DNA from: Squalus acanthias
Lineage: Eukaryota
Assembly: GCA_030390025.1 (NCBI GenBank)
Contig: CM059431.1
Span: 152,088,001-152,152,000, forward strand
Direction: 5' to 3'
Length of the DNA: 64,000 nucleotides
The translations under genes and the position numbers were made by a program. The notes below the pieces were generated by a model, which was given only the letters and a program-made list of their open reading frames with translations, did no database searches and had not been told where the DNA came from. Shown here one piece after another: positions 37,551 to 49,898 of this stretch. Each line of letters begins with the position of its first letter. Within the stretch, counting starts at the first letter, position 1.

Positions 37551-38070
37551 GATGTCACCTTTTGCACAATGCACATCCTTTGACCCTCAGGCACAGATGC
37601 GAGGGGGCAAAACGTTCAATTGTTTAATTTTTCGTTTTATTTAAATGTTAAATGTTTTCATTTTTTTTGGAAATATATATTTGTAACTTAAAGTGTATGT
37701 AACCTTTTCATTTAAAAAGTACAGCCTCTAGTCACTTTGAAAAAAATCAACTTTTTTATTTGCAAACAAATTTAACATTACAACTGCTTGAAATTTAGGA
37801 AGTAGCTAGATTCCATCTTGAATGTCTTTATTGCACTCAGAAACCAAAAAGTCACTTTAAACTGTTTACAAATTTTATTCTAAACTATTTATGTTTACAA
37901 ATGTTTGAAAAGTAGAAAATAGCTGTTTAACATTTTAAAGTTATAAATTATGTACATCAAAACTGAACCTCAAAAGTCTTTGATGCTGCAATAAAATGCC
38001 ACTGTTTCACTTTAAATTGTGTCTGCTCCTTTCTTTGCATTGCTGGGGGAGGGGGAGGTACAAGGCGACA

Positions 38071-39215
38071 CTACCTCGTGAAGGTGTTGGCTAATAGCTG
38101 TTCCCGAGCAGCCATAATTTCAGCAGCACTTGTCTCCTCCCCATCAGGCCTGGCCACAGGCACATTGGCATCGTCCACGTCCTCCATTTCAGCAGGGAGC
38201 TCCTCTGCACCGTTAAGGGTGAGTCCTTCCCGCAGGGCAAAGTTATGTAAAGCACAACAGACCACCACAGTCCTTCCCAATTTCTGAGGAGAATACTGCA
38301 AGGTCCCTCCTGATAGTCCAGGTACCGGAAGCGTGATTTCAGAACTCCGATTCTCCTCTCCACCACTTGCCGTGTGGACATGTGTGCCTGGTTCTATCTC
38401 TCCTGAGCCTCATTATTGGTCTTGCGGTAGTGAGTCATCAGCCATGGTCTTAGCGGGTAGCCCTTGTCGCCCAATATCCATGCGGATGCTGGAGGGAATG
38501 CGCTGAGGGCGCCATACAAGTTCGAGTTACGGAGGACGAAGGAGTCATGATTACTTCCCCGGTGATTTGCATTCACGTTTAGGATCCTGAGGTGCGCATC
38601 ACAGACTATCATGACATTCAATGAATGAAACCCCTTCCTGTTGATGTATGTTACAGGAGCATCCACTGGTGCCTTCAATGCAATATGGGTTCCTTCGACG
38701 GCCCGAATCCCTTTGGGGAATCCAACAATGGTATAAAATGCAAGGGCCATCTCCTTTTGATGGCGAGTGGACAAGTCAAATTCAATGAACCCTGAAGCCC
38801 TACGGAAAATGGCATCTGTGACCTGGTGAATGCAGGCCCTCGCAGCATTCTTGGAGATTTTGGTAATATCACCGGTGCTTGCCTGAAATGACCCACTTGC
38901 AAAGAAGTTCAATGCTGTGGTTACCTTCATGTTCACTGACAAGGAAGTGCGGGTCTTCGAGCATGTTTGAAGGTCCTCCTTTAACATGTCACATATTCGG
39001 CCGATTGCCTCTTTACTGAAGCGCATCCTCCTCACACACAACTCCTCCGACAGCATCTCAAATGACAGCCTCTCCCTTTACACTCTCTGGGGTGGGTAGT
39101 AGTTCACCCTTCTCAGGAGACGGTTATGGTTCCTCCGTCTTTCTTGTTCCCTGGCTTTTCCAATTCTCTGAAGCACAATCGCACAGAGGATCAGGGCAGC
39201 ATTCTCAAAGGGCAT
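38071..39215 (-). pseudogene. Harbinger (HARBI1-like DDE) transposase, inactivated
   Basis: ALNFFASGSFQ, AVEGTHI (D>E in the DGTH motif), NRKGFHSLN, HDS, GDKGYPLRPWLMT, VERRIGVLKSRF, CCALHN. Stops at ~39079 and 38394-96 and a frameshift near 38300. Confidence 0.9.
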
Positions 39216-40009
39216 GTTTCTCCCTCACAGGCTCCATCTTTAAACAGATGATGTACTTGTAAGGAAAAAATGGAAAGAGTTGTTAAAGTAATTTTAATAA
39301 AGTGAGTGGCCAATAAATCAAGTCGGGCTATGGTGGGAAACGTGCGGTATCGGATTGGGAACACGTCCCACCCGCCTGATGAATATCACGGCCCGAGATG
39401 ATTTTCCAATAACTGTAACATTTTCAGAAAGTCATACATACATACTTACTTAAAGGAATATAATTGATGATCAATTTCTTTTTTAAAACTTTTGGAAATG
39501 TTAAATAATTCATTTTAAAACAGTCATTTTCATATTTAAGAAAAAAATCTAATTCTCTTAGGCCTTGCACACAGCAAGAGTTGCTCCTTATAACTACATG
39601 ACTCAAAACAAGGTCCAAACCCGTTTTAAAAAATTTTCTACAGTTGGAAACTTACCTCAGACTTTATGAAAAAAACTTTGCTCCCTTTCAGAATTAAAAC
39701 TGTTCAGTTTAGTAGCCCCACTGGTGAAAGATTTCTTCTTCCTGGTCGTTCCGGAGCTTCTAACAAGGCTTTACACTTGCTTTTTAAAAGCGCAGCTGCT
39801 GGGGATTTACCCGCACTGCACCAAATAAGAAAAATACCGAAGTTGCCTCTCCGGCGCACGCGATTGAAATCCGAACCCTTTCCTTCAGGACACCGGAAGT
39901 TCCGGTTTCCAGTGCATGCGCAGTGCATGCACGAATCCGGCACTTCAGGTGGCTGTACGGGTGAGTACTCACCAGACAAGCGCCGAATTTCTGGCACGTC
40001 ATATGTGGT

Positions 40010-40800
40010 TGATAGACAGGTAGATAGATATATAGATATATAGACAGAGAGACAGAGAGACAGACACACAGGCAGATAGACAGATAGACAGACAGAGAGA
40101 CATCCCAACTTTGAGTGGGAGTATGGATGGATAGATAAAGGAATGAATGAATGAATGAAAAGATGGAAGAATGAATGAATGAATAAATGATTGGATGTAA
40201 GGATGAAATAATTGAATGAATGAATGAATGAGTGAATGGACGGATGGATGTATGAATGAATGAATGAGTGAATGAATGAATGAATGAGTGAATTAATGAA
40301 TGAATCAATCAATAAATGAACTGATGGATGAATGGATGGATAAATGAATAGATGAATGGAGGAATGAAATGTTGAATAAATGAATGAATGAATGAATGAT
40401 TGGATGTATGGATGAATGAACGAATGAATGAATGAAAGCATGAATGAGTGAATGGATGAATGAATTAATGAAAGAATGCATGAATGAATGCATGAATGAA
40501 TAAATGAATGAATGAATGGATTGATGGATAGATGAATGATTGTATGAATGTATGAATGAAGGAACGAACGAACGAACGAATGAATGAATGAATCAATGAA
40601 TGAATGAATCAATGAATGAATGGTCGAATGATGAATGAATGAATGGATGGATGAATGAATGGATGAATGAATGAAATAATGATTGGATAGATGGAAGAAT
40701 GAATGAATGAATGAATTAATGGATGGGTTGATGGATGGATGAATGAATGAATGAATGGATGAATGGATGGATGGATGAATTAATGGATGGATGCATGTCT
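40010..40800 (+). repeat. Compound (GATA/GACA)n-(GAAT/GGAT)n microsatellite
   Basis: Visible tetranucleotide runs. Confidence 0.95.
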
Positions 40801-41900
40801 ATACGAGCACGGATTCAGAATTTGTTTAACGGAAAAAAACAGAGAGTAGGAAATACGGGTCATTTTCGGGTTGGCAGGCTATAACTAGTGGGGTACAGCA
40901 AGGATCAGTGCTTGGGCCTCAGCTATTCGTAATCTACATCAACGATTTGGATGAGCGGACCAGTAGATATATCCCAGTATGCTGAGGATACAAAGCTGGG
41001 TGGGAATGTAAGTTGTGAGGAGGATGCAAGGAGGCTTCAATGGGATATAGACAGGCTAGGTGAGTGGGCAAGAGCATGGACAATGGAATATAACGTGGAG
41101 AAATGTGAAATTTTTGCACTTCGGTAGGAACAATAGAAAAGCAGAGTATTTTTTAAATGTTGAGTGTTTTTGAAATGTTGTTGTTCAGAGGGATTTGATG
41201 TCCTTGTACTCGATTCACTGAAAGTTAACATGCAGGTACAGCAACCAATTCGGAAAGCAAATGGTATGTTGGCCTTTATTATGAGAATTTGAGTATATGA
41301 GTAAAGATAATTGACTGCAATTATATAGGGCCCTGTTGAGACCACACCCGGAGTATTGTGTACAGTTTTGGTCTCCTTACCTAAGGAAGGATATACTTGC
41401 CATAGAGGGAATGCAACGAAGGTTCACAAGACTGGTTCCTGGGATGGAGGGGCAGTCCTATGATTAGAGATTGAGTAGACTAGGACTACATTCTCTAGAG
41501 TTTAGAAGAATGAGAGGTGATCTCACTGAAACATACAACATTCTTACAGGGCTTGACAGGGTAGATGCAGGGAGGATGTTTCGCCTGACTGGGGATTCTA
41601 GAAACGGGGGGTCACAGTCTCAGAATAAGGGATCGGCCATTTAGGACTGAGATGAGGAGCAATTTCTTCACTCATAGTGTGGTGAATCTTTGGCATTCTC
41701 CACCCCAGAGGCTTGTGGAGGCTCAGTCGTTGAGTATATTCAAGACAGATATCGATAGCTTTTTGAATATTAAGGAAATCAAGGGAAATTGGGATAGTTG
41801 AGGAAAGTGGAGATGAGAAAAAGATCAGATATAATCTTATTGAATGGCGCAGCAGGCTCGAAGGTCCAAATGGCCTGCTCCTGCTCGTATTTCCTATTCG
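40800..41900 (+). mobile_element. 5'-truncated CR1 inserted in the (GAAT)n tract
   Basis: [14 protein letters not shown] and YAEDTKLG motifs plus a 3' tail, with microsatellite on both sides. Confidence 0.85.
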
Positions 41901-42340
41901 TGGATGAATGTATGTATGAATGGAATGATGACATGATGGATGGCTGGATGGATGAATGAGTGGATGAATAGATGGATGGATGAATGATTGATTGAATGAA
42001 TGAATGAATGAATGAATGAATGGATGGAAGGATGGATGGATGGTTGGATGGATGGATGGATGAATGAATGAATGAATGAATGAATGAATGAATGAATGAA
42101 TGAATGGATGAATGGATGAATGAATGAATGAAATAATGAATGAATGATTGGATGAATGGATGAATGAATTCATGACATAATGGATGAATGAATGAATTTC
42201 ATAATGGATGGATGAATGATCGAATGGATGGATGAATGAATGAATGAATACATGAATGAATGAATGATTGAGCGAATGAATGAATACATGAATGAATGGA
42301 AGAATGAATGAATAGATTGGTAGATTGATGATGAAATGGA
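41900..42340 (+). repeat. (GAAT/GGAT)n microsatellite
   Basis: Visible tetranucleotide runs. Confidence 0.95.
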
Positions 42341-43461
42341 AGAGTGATTGGCTGTGTAAGTAGAGAGAGAGAGATAAACTGATGAATAGCGCAACAGAGG
42401 AAGACAGACAGATAAATTGTCAGCCGATGTAACAATATACTTTTTTCACTGCTGTTGGAGGATGGGATGCTATTATGTTTCTACCTTTGACAGAAAGGAG
42501 TTCTTTGATAATTTCTACATTTATTTTGATCGGTAAATCCTGTCCGCTTAGATTGATGAGATATGTCCATGGGCTGGTGCTTCTTACCAGATCTACTGGT
42601 GATAAAGACCTTATCAAAACAGGAGACGATGGCTGCAACTGCCGAATGAAATGGTTCTGGAGACGTCCTGTCCACGTGGACACAGTGCACATTGTGTGGC
42701 GTATAAATGGTCCTTAAATGTCTCTCAAACTTTTCAATTTTATGATGGATCAGAATGATATAGGCAATGGGGAAATCGCGTTCCTCGCTGGTTATGGGGA
42801 AAGTTATGTATTTGTGGGATTTGATGAAAGAAGCGCAATCTGTGCATAAATTTACATAATCGATTTCCGTTAAGTGCGGGTCCTAGTTTCCGAATCCAGT
42901 TAAATTGATCAAACTATGAAAGGTTTCCTCGTTGCTACTGATTATTTCAAAGCAATTTGAATCTTTTTCAGTGATATCAAGAACATCATGAAGCTTCTGT
43001 CTGCACGTCTGTGTGGGTTTCCGTGAAGATTTTTGCAAAGTTGTTGGGAATATATCCGCCTGTCCGCCCGTGTGAAGTGATACAAAATAACACACTACAA
43101 ACACAACAATGAGAAGCAATATTTCCCTTTTCGGGACACGCAGCTGTATGACGTTCCTCATTTTGTTTTCGTTCAGTCTTTTATAGTTTCAGTATTCTGT
43201 ATTCAGCCGGAGCTAGGTTGTGTCCTTCTTTGCTAGTGTAGCCCACATTCCGGTTCTCTTCTTCAGCAACTCTGAACTTTGTCTTCAAATCAATGTCGTC
43301 TGGGACTTTGTTGAACAGCTAACAGCGAGGATGGGATGGACCACAGCTTGCATGCCTTGTCACCGAAAACAATTCCAATCGGTTAGCCCTTTCAGTAAAA
43401 CGAAATTATCTACAATGGAAAAAATATTTAATTACAAATCACTTATCAAAAGATAAGATAC

Positions 43462-43843
43462 AATTAATTCTCGTCCTTGTGTTCAAATCCCTCCATGGCC
43501 TCGCCCCTCCATATCTATGTAACGTCTCCAGCCTAAAACCCTCCAAGTCTTCTTCACTCCTCTAATTCTGACCTCTTGCGCATCCGCAAGTTTTATCAAT
43601 CCACAATTGGCGGCCGCGCCTTCAGCTGCCGAGGCTCTAAGCTCTGTAATTGCCTCCCTAAACCTCGCAGGCTCTCGGCCTCTCTTTCCTCCCTTCGGAT
43701 GCTCCTTAAACCCTACCTCTTCCTATCCAAATATCTCCTTTTGCAGCTCGTTATCAAATTATGTTTGATAACGCTCCTGTGAAGCTCATTGGAAAGTTTA
43801 ACTACAATACAGGCGCTATACAAATGCAACTCGTTGTTGTTGT
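43462..43843 (+). mobile_element. L2-clade LINE 3' end
   Basis: VFKSLHGLAPPYL and IGGRAFS motifs; tail ggcgctatacaaatgcaac(tgt)n. Confidence 0.8.
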
Positions 43844-44082
43844 AGCGCTAAACTGAAAGTTCAAATCTAGGATCATTAACGATAAAAAGAAACTTTAAAA
43901 ATAAACAAGTTCTAATGAACAGGATCTCCCAATACTGTTAATTTGGAATAAAGAAGTGATAAATTAATAAGCTCATTTAATAATTATCCAACGCAAAAAG
44001 GATCAAGCCGTATTTGCCGGAATTTATCCACTGTCTAAATTGTCGAGACATCGACGTGAGGGAATACTAATGAAATTTTGAT

Positions 44083-46933
44083 AGCGGCAGCGGCAGCAGG
44101 GAGAGCGGCCCTGGGAGGAGCCTGAGTGACAGCAGGGAGTATACGGAGCAGGAGGGAGAGCGAGGCCCAGACTCATCGGCAGTGGCAGCAGCGAGAGCGG
44201 CCATGGGAGGAGCCCAAGCGACAGCGGGGTGGATAAGGAGCGGGAGAGAGAGCGAGGCCCAGACTCACCCGCAGCGGCAGCAGCGAGAGCGGCCCTGGGA
44301 GGAGCCTGAGCGACAGCGGGGAGAATAAGGAGCGGGAGAGAGTGCGAGGCCCAGACTCACCGGCAGCGGCAGCAGCGAGAGCGGCCCTCAACAGGCAACA
44401 TTCGAAAGTGACGTCACAGATTAGAAGTGACGTCGGCACAAGGGAAGCAGCTGTTTGGAGAGTAGTGGGTGAGTGTGTTTTTTAAAGTTTAAAGCCTATT
44501 CTGTTAAGTTAGTTCTAAGTCTTTAAATAAAGGGTAGTGCTTAGTCTTTTACATAAAGGTTAGTACTTAGTCTTTTACATAGTCTGTTAGGTAAAGGGAT
44601 GACAGGAATGGCAGGGCAGCTCAGTCGAGCGGAGTGCACATCCTGTGGCATGTGGAAAGTCATGGACGATTCGCGTTGCATGGATGACTACATGTGCAGT
44701 AAATGTCAACAGCTGCAACGACTCGAGCGATGGTTTACGGAGGTTGAGCGGCGAATGAAGTCATTGTGGTGCATCAGCGAGGCTGAGAACTACGTGGATA
44801 ACACGTTTACTGAGGTGGTCACCCCGCAGTCTAAGAGAAAGCGGACAGAGAGCAAGTGGGGGACTACCAGACAGAAGAAGATCAGGCAGTAAGTGCAGGA
44901 GGCCCCGGAGGGCATCTCGCTCTCCAACCGGTATTCTATTCTGAATACTGGCGTGGGCGATGGTCCCTCTGAGGAGTGCAGTCAGATCCAAGTCTCGGCA
45001 CCACGGGCGGCTCCGCTGCACAGGTGGGGGGGGGGGGCGGGTGGGGGCCGGGGGGAGTAAAAATTGTGAAAGTGCAATAGTGGTAGGGGTTTCAAAAGTG
45101 AGGGGAGAAGACAGGCGTTTCTGCGGCCGCAGACGTGACTCCAGGATGGTATGTTGCCTCCCTGGTGCATAGGTGCAAAGAGGTAAGAGGTTCTGCAGGC
45201 AGAGTTTAGGGAGATAGGAGTCAGATGAAAAAGCAGGACCTCATTGTAGTAATCTCCGTATTACTCCCGGTGCCACGTGCTAGTGAATGCAGAAATAGGA
45301 GGATAAAGCAGATGAATGCGTGGCTGGAAGGATGGTGCAGAAGGGAGGGCTTTAGATTCCTGAGGCATTGGGACCGTTTCTGGGGGAGGTGGGACCTGTA
45401 CAAGCCGGACCGGTTGCACCTCAACAGAGCTGGGATCAATATCCTCGCCGGTGTGTTTGCTAGTGCTTTTGGGAATGGTTTAAGCTAGCTTGGCAGGGTG
45501 ATGGGAGCATAAGAATAGAGTTAATAGGGAGCGAAGAAAAACTGGAATTCGAAAACAAAAACATAGAAAGTAAATTGGAAGGACAGAGGAATCAAGGGCT
45601 GGATAGCAGTCAACAAGGAGGTTTGCCTGTACTAAATGGTATATACTTCAATGCAAGCAGTATAGCGAACAAGGCAGATGAGCTAAGGGCACAGGTAGAT
45701 ACTAGGGAATATGATATTATAGCTATTCCAAAGACGTGGCTGAAAGACGGGCAGGTATGGCAGCTCAACATTCCTGGTTACAGGATTTTCAGACGGGATG
45801 GAGAGGGAGTTAAAATGGGAGGGGGGTGTCGTGGTATTGTTTAAATAAAATTTACAGCTGTGAGGAGGAATTATATTTTGGAGCGATCATCAAACGAGGC
45901 CATATAGATCGAATTGAAAAACAAAAAAGGGGCGATCACACTGATGAGACTCTACAATGGACCACCAAACAGTGAGAGGGAGATAGAAGAACAAATATGT
46001 AGACACATTTCTAAGAAGTGCAAAAACTATAGGGCAGTAATAGTAGGGGATTGCAACTACCCCAATATTAACTGGGATAAAATTAGTTTGAATGGTATAG
46101 AGGGAACGGAATTGCTAAAATCCATCCATGAGAATTTTATAGCCAGTATGTAGCAAGCCCAACAAGGGAGAGGGTGGTTCTGGACTTAGTTTTATGTATT
46201 GAGGTTGGGCATGTAGAAGGCGTATCAGTGGGGGAGCATTTTAATGCTAGTGACCATAATTCAGTTAGATTTAAGTTAATTATGGAAAAGGACAAGGATA
46301 GACCAGGATTACAATTCCCAGGCTGTTAAGCGAAGCAAAAGAGGAAATAGCAGAGGCCCTGATCATCATTTTCCAATCCTCTCTGGCTTCAGGTGTGGTG
46401 CCGGATGATTGGAGGACTGCTAATGTGGTACCCTTGTTTAAAAAGGGAGAAAAGGATGGACCGAGTAATTACAATCAATCAGCCTACACTCGGTGGTGGG
46501 AAAATTATTGGAAAGAATTCTGAAGGACAGGATAAATCTTCATTTAGAAAGACACGGATTAATAAAGAAGAGTTAGCACGGATTTGTGAAGGGAAGGTCG
46601 TATCTGTCAAATTTGATTGAATGTTTTCAGGAGGTAACAAGGAGGGTAGATGAGGTTAGTGCGTTTGATGTAGTGTATATGGACTTTAGCAAGGCTTTTG
46701 ATATTGCTCCACATGGCAGACTGGTCACGAAGTTAAAAGCCCATGTGATCCAGGGCAAAGTGTCAAGTTGGATTCAAAACTAGCTCGGAGGCAGGGAGCA
46801 GAGGGTAATGGTTGATGGGTGTTTTTGTAACTGGAAGGCTGTTTCCAGTGGGGTTCCGCAGGGCTCAGTAATAGAGCCCTTGCTTTTTGTGGTATATATC
46901 AACGATCTCGACTTGAATATAGTGGGTATGATT
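44083..46933 (+). mobile_element. CR1 element A: 5' UTR with 92-bp monomers, ORF1 (Zn-finger + SGNH esterase), internally deleted ORF2
   Basis: ORF1 has CTSCGMW..CSKC and DRLHLNRAG. The endonuclease start FNASSIANKADEL and VGDCNYPNINW is followed by a jump to RT at ~46315. RT motifs DFSKAFD and SGVPQGSV end abruptly at ~46933. Confidence 0.85.
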
Positions 46934-49398
46934 AAGAGGGATGAGGTACTGCAACAAGAATTTAGGGAGCTAGATAGCAGATTAAAAAGGAGGACCTCAA
47001 AGATTGTAATCTCTGGATTACTCCCGGTGCCACGTGCTAGTGAGTACAGGAATAGAAGGATAGAGCAGATGAATACGTGGCTTAAGAGTTGGTGCAGGAT
47101 GGAGGGCTTTAGTTTCCTGGAACTGGGTATGCTTCGGGGGAAGGTGGGGCCTGTACAAGTCGGACGGGTTGCACCTGAACCGGAAAGGGACCAACATCCT
47201 TGAGGGGAGGTTAGCTAGTAAAGTTGGCGGAGGTGGGGGGGGGGGGGGGCGGCGGTGGGGGGGGGGTGTTAAACTGACTTGGCAGGTGGATAGGATACGC
47301 AGTGGAGCTATAGTAGGGGCTGATGCACAGCCAAATATAGAGGAAAAAGCAAATCAGCCTGGAAGGCAGAGCAAATATCTAACGGCACAAAGGAGTATGG
47401 CAAGGCTGGATGGCATTTATTTTAATGCAAGGAGTCTTGCGAGTAAGGCAGATGAATTGAAGGTGTTGATGACCACGTGGGAGTATGATATTGTTGCAAT
47501 CACAGAGACATGGTTGAGGGAGGGGCAGGACTGGCAGCTCAATAATCCTGGGTATAGAATCTTCAGGCTAGACAGAGGGGGGTGTAAAAGAGGAGGGGTG
47601 TCGCAATATTAATTAAGGAGTCAATTACTGCTGGAAGGAGGGATGATATCTTAGCAGTTTCGTCTAATGAGGCCATATGGGTAGAACCTAAAAACAAAAA
47701 GGGGTCAAGCACTTTGCTGGGAGTGTACTCTAGGCGCCCAAACAGTCAGGGGGAGATAGAGGAACAGATATGCAGGCTAATCTCAGGGAAGTGTAGAAAT
47801 AACAGGATAATAATAGTAGGGGTTTTAACTTCCTCAATATTAATTGGGATAATCAGAGTGTGAAAGGCTTAGAGGGTGCGGAATTCTTAAAGTGCATTCA
47901 GGAGAGATTTTTGAGCCAGCATGTAGAAAGTCCTGCAAGAGAGGGGGCGGAACTGGATCTATTTCTAGGGAATGTAGCCGGGCAAGTGGTAGAAGTGTTC
48001 GTAGGAGAGCATTTTGGTGACAGTGACCATAATTCGGTGAGATTTAAGGTAGTCATGGAAAAGGACAAAGATGAACCGGAGATAAAGGTTCTAAATTGGG
48101 GGAAGCCCGATTTTAATATGATAAGGCAGGATCTGGCCAAAGTGGACAGGGATCAGATACTTGTAGGAAATTCCACATCAGAGCAGTGGGAGTCTTTCAG
48201 AAAGGAAATAGAGAGAGTACAAAGGCAACATGTTCCCGTAAAGGTCAAGGGTGGGACCAACAAGCCCATGGAACCCTAGATGTCAAGGGATATACGAGAA
48301 TGGATTGGGAGAAAAAGGGACGCTTGTGGCAGATACAAAGTAATAAAAACATTGGAAGCCCTAGAGGTGTACAGAAAGTGCAGGGGGGGGGGGGGTGTAC
48401 TTAAAAAAGAAATTAGGAAAGCAAAGAGGGGGCATGACATAACACTGGTGGGCAAAATAAAGGAAAATCCCAAGTTGTTTTGTAAGTATATTAAGGGCAA
48501 GAGGATAACCAGGGAAAGAGTAGGGCCCATTAGGGACCAAAGTGGCAATCTGTGTGTAGAGCCAAAATATGTAGGTTGGGTTTTAAATGAATATTTTGCA
48601 TCTGTGTTCACTATGGAGTGGGACGATGTAGGCATAGAAATCAGGCAGGGTGATTGTGATATACTAGAACAAATTAGTATTGAGAGGGAGCAGGCACTAG
48701 CGGTTTTAGCATGCTTAAAAGTGGATAAATCCCCAGGTCCAGACGATATGTATCCCAGGCTGCTGTGTGAGGCAAGGGAGGAGATTGCAGGGGCTCTGTC
48801 ACAAATTTTCAGAACCTCTCTGGCCACAGGGGAGGTGCCAGAGGACTGGAGAACAGCTAACTTAGCACCATTATTCAAGAATGGTAGTACGGATAAACCA
48901 GGGAAATACAGGCCAGTTAGCCTAACATCAGTAGTAGGGAAATTAATGAAAAAAATTCTGAGGGATAGAATTAGTCTCCACTTGGAGAGGCAAGGATTAA
49001 TCAAGGATAGTCAGCATGGCTTTGTCAGGGGGAGATCATGTCTGAGCAATTTGCTTGAATTTTTTGAGGGTGTGACTAGGTGTATGGATGAGGGTAGTGC
49101 AGTTGATGTGGTCTACATGGAATTCAGTAAGGCTTTTGACAAAGTCCCGCATGGGAGACTGGTCAAGAAGGTAAAAGCCCATGGGATCCAGGGCAACTTG
49201 GCACAATGGATCCAAAATTGGCTTAGTGGCAGGAGGCAGAGGGTGATGGTCGAAGGCTGATTTTGTGACTGGAAGCCTGTGTCCAGTGGTGAACCGCAGT
49301 GATCGGTTCTGGGTCCTTTGCTGTTTGTAGTGTACATTAATGATTTAGATATGAATGTAGGAGGTATGATCAGTAAGTTTGCAGATGACACGAAAATT
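46934..49398 (+). mobile_element. CR1 element B (ORF1 C-terminus, APE endonuclease, RT), cut by the assembly gap
   Basis: VISGLLPVPRA, FNARSLASKADEL, GDSDHN, KSPGPDDM, YRPVSLTS, ISKFADDTK. Confidence 0.88.
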
Positions 49399-49898
49399 NN
49401 NNNNNNNNNNNNNNNNNNNNNNNNNNNNNNNNNNNNNNNNNNNNNNNNNNNNNNNNNNNNNNNNNNNNNNNNNNNNNNNNNNNNNNNNNNNNNNNNNNNN
49501 NNNNNNNNNNNNNNNNNNNNNNNNNNNNNNNNNNNNNNNNNNNNNNNNNNNNNNNNNNNNNNNNNNNNNNNNNNNNNNNNNNNNNNNNNNNNNNNNNNNN
49601 NNNNNNNNNNNNNNNNNNNNNNNNNNNNNNNNNNNNNNNNNNNNNNNNNNNNNNNNNNNNNNNNNNNNNNNNNNNNNNNNNNNNNNNNNNNNNNNNNNNN
49701 NNNNNNNNNNNNNNNNNNNNNNNNNNNNNNNNNNNNNNNNNNNNNNNNNNNNNNNNNNNNNNNNNNNNNNNNNNNNNNNNNNNNNNNNNNNNNNNNNNNN
49801 NNNNNNNNNNNNNNNNNNNNNNNNNNNNNNNNNNNNNNNNNNNNNNNNNNNNNNNNNNNNNNNNNNNNNNNNNNNNNNNNNNNNNNNNNNNNNNNNNN
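49399..49898. other. Assembly gap (500 N)
   Basis: Run of exactly 500 N, probably a placeholder of unknown true size. Confidence 0.99.

Larger units (their letters stand above)
35520..39997. mobile_element. Full-length Harbinger/PIF DNA transposon within the GCNT intron
   Basis: TIRs GGCCCAGAAATTCG (35520-33) and CGAATTTCTGGCAC (39984-97) match at 12/14 positions. Myb/SANT and transposase genes are convergent. Confidence 0.88.
34645..43161 (-). pseudogene. GCNT-family (GT14 / Branch) beta-1,6-N-acetylglucosaminyltransferase pseudogene; exon 1 43161-42441, exon 2 35238-34645
   Basis: Type II signal-anchor (ILLLIVVFVVCYFVSL) and motifs EERDFPIAY, HCVHVDRTS, WTYLINLSGQDLPIK, FAGNAYYAVTREFV, DTYIPDEHIWATI, HHLFANKF. 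The intron is phase-0 GT..AG. Lesions: TAG 42883-85, a frameshifting deletion at ~42590, TGA 35074-76. Confidence 0.88.

Noticed and set aside
39704..42435. Long His/Ser/Phe/Ile-rich minus-strand ORFs (also 52156-54790)
   Set aside because: These are translations of (ATTC)n microsatellites, not genes.
48276..49004. 242-aa antisense ORF (also 60553-61311)
   Set aside because: Shadow ORF opposite the CR1 reverse transcriptase.
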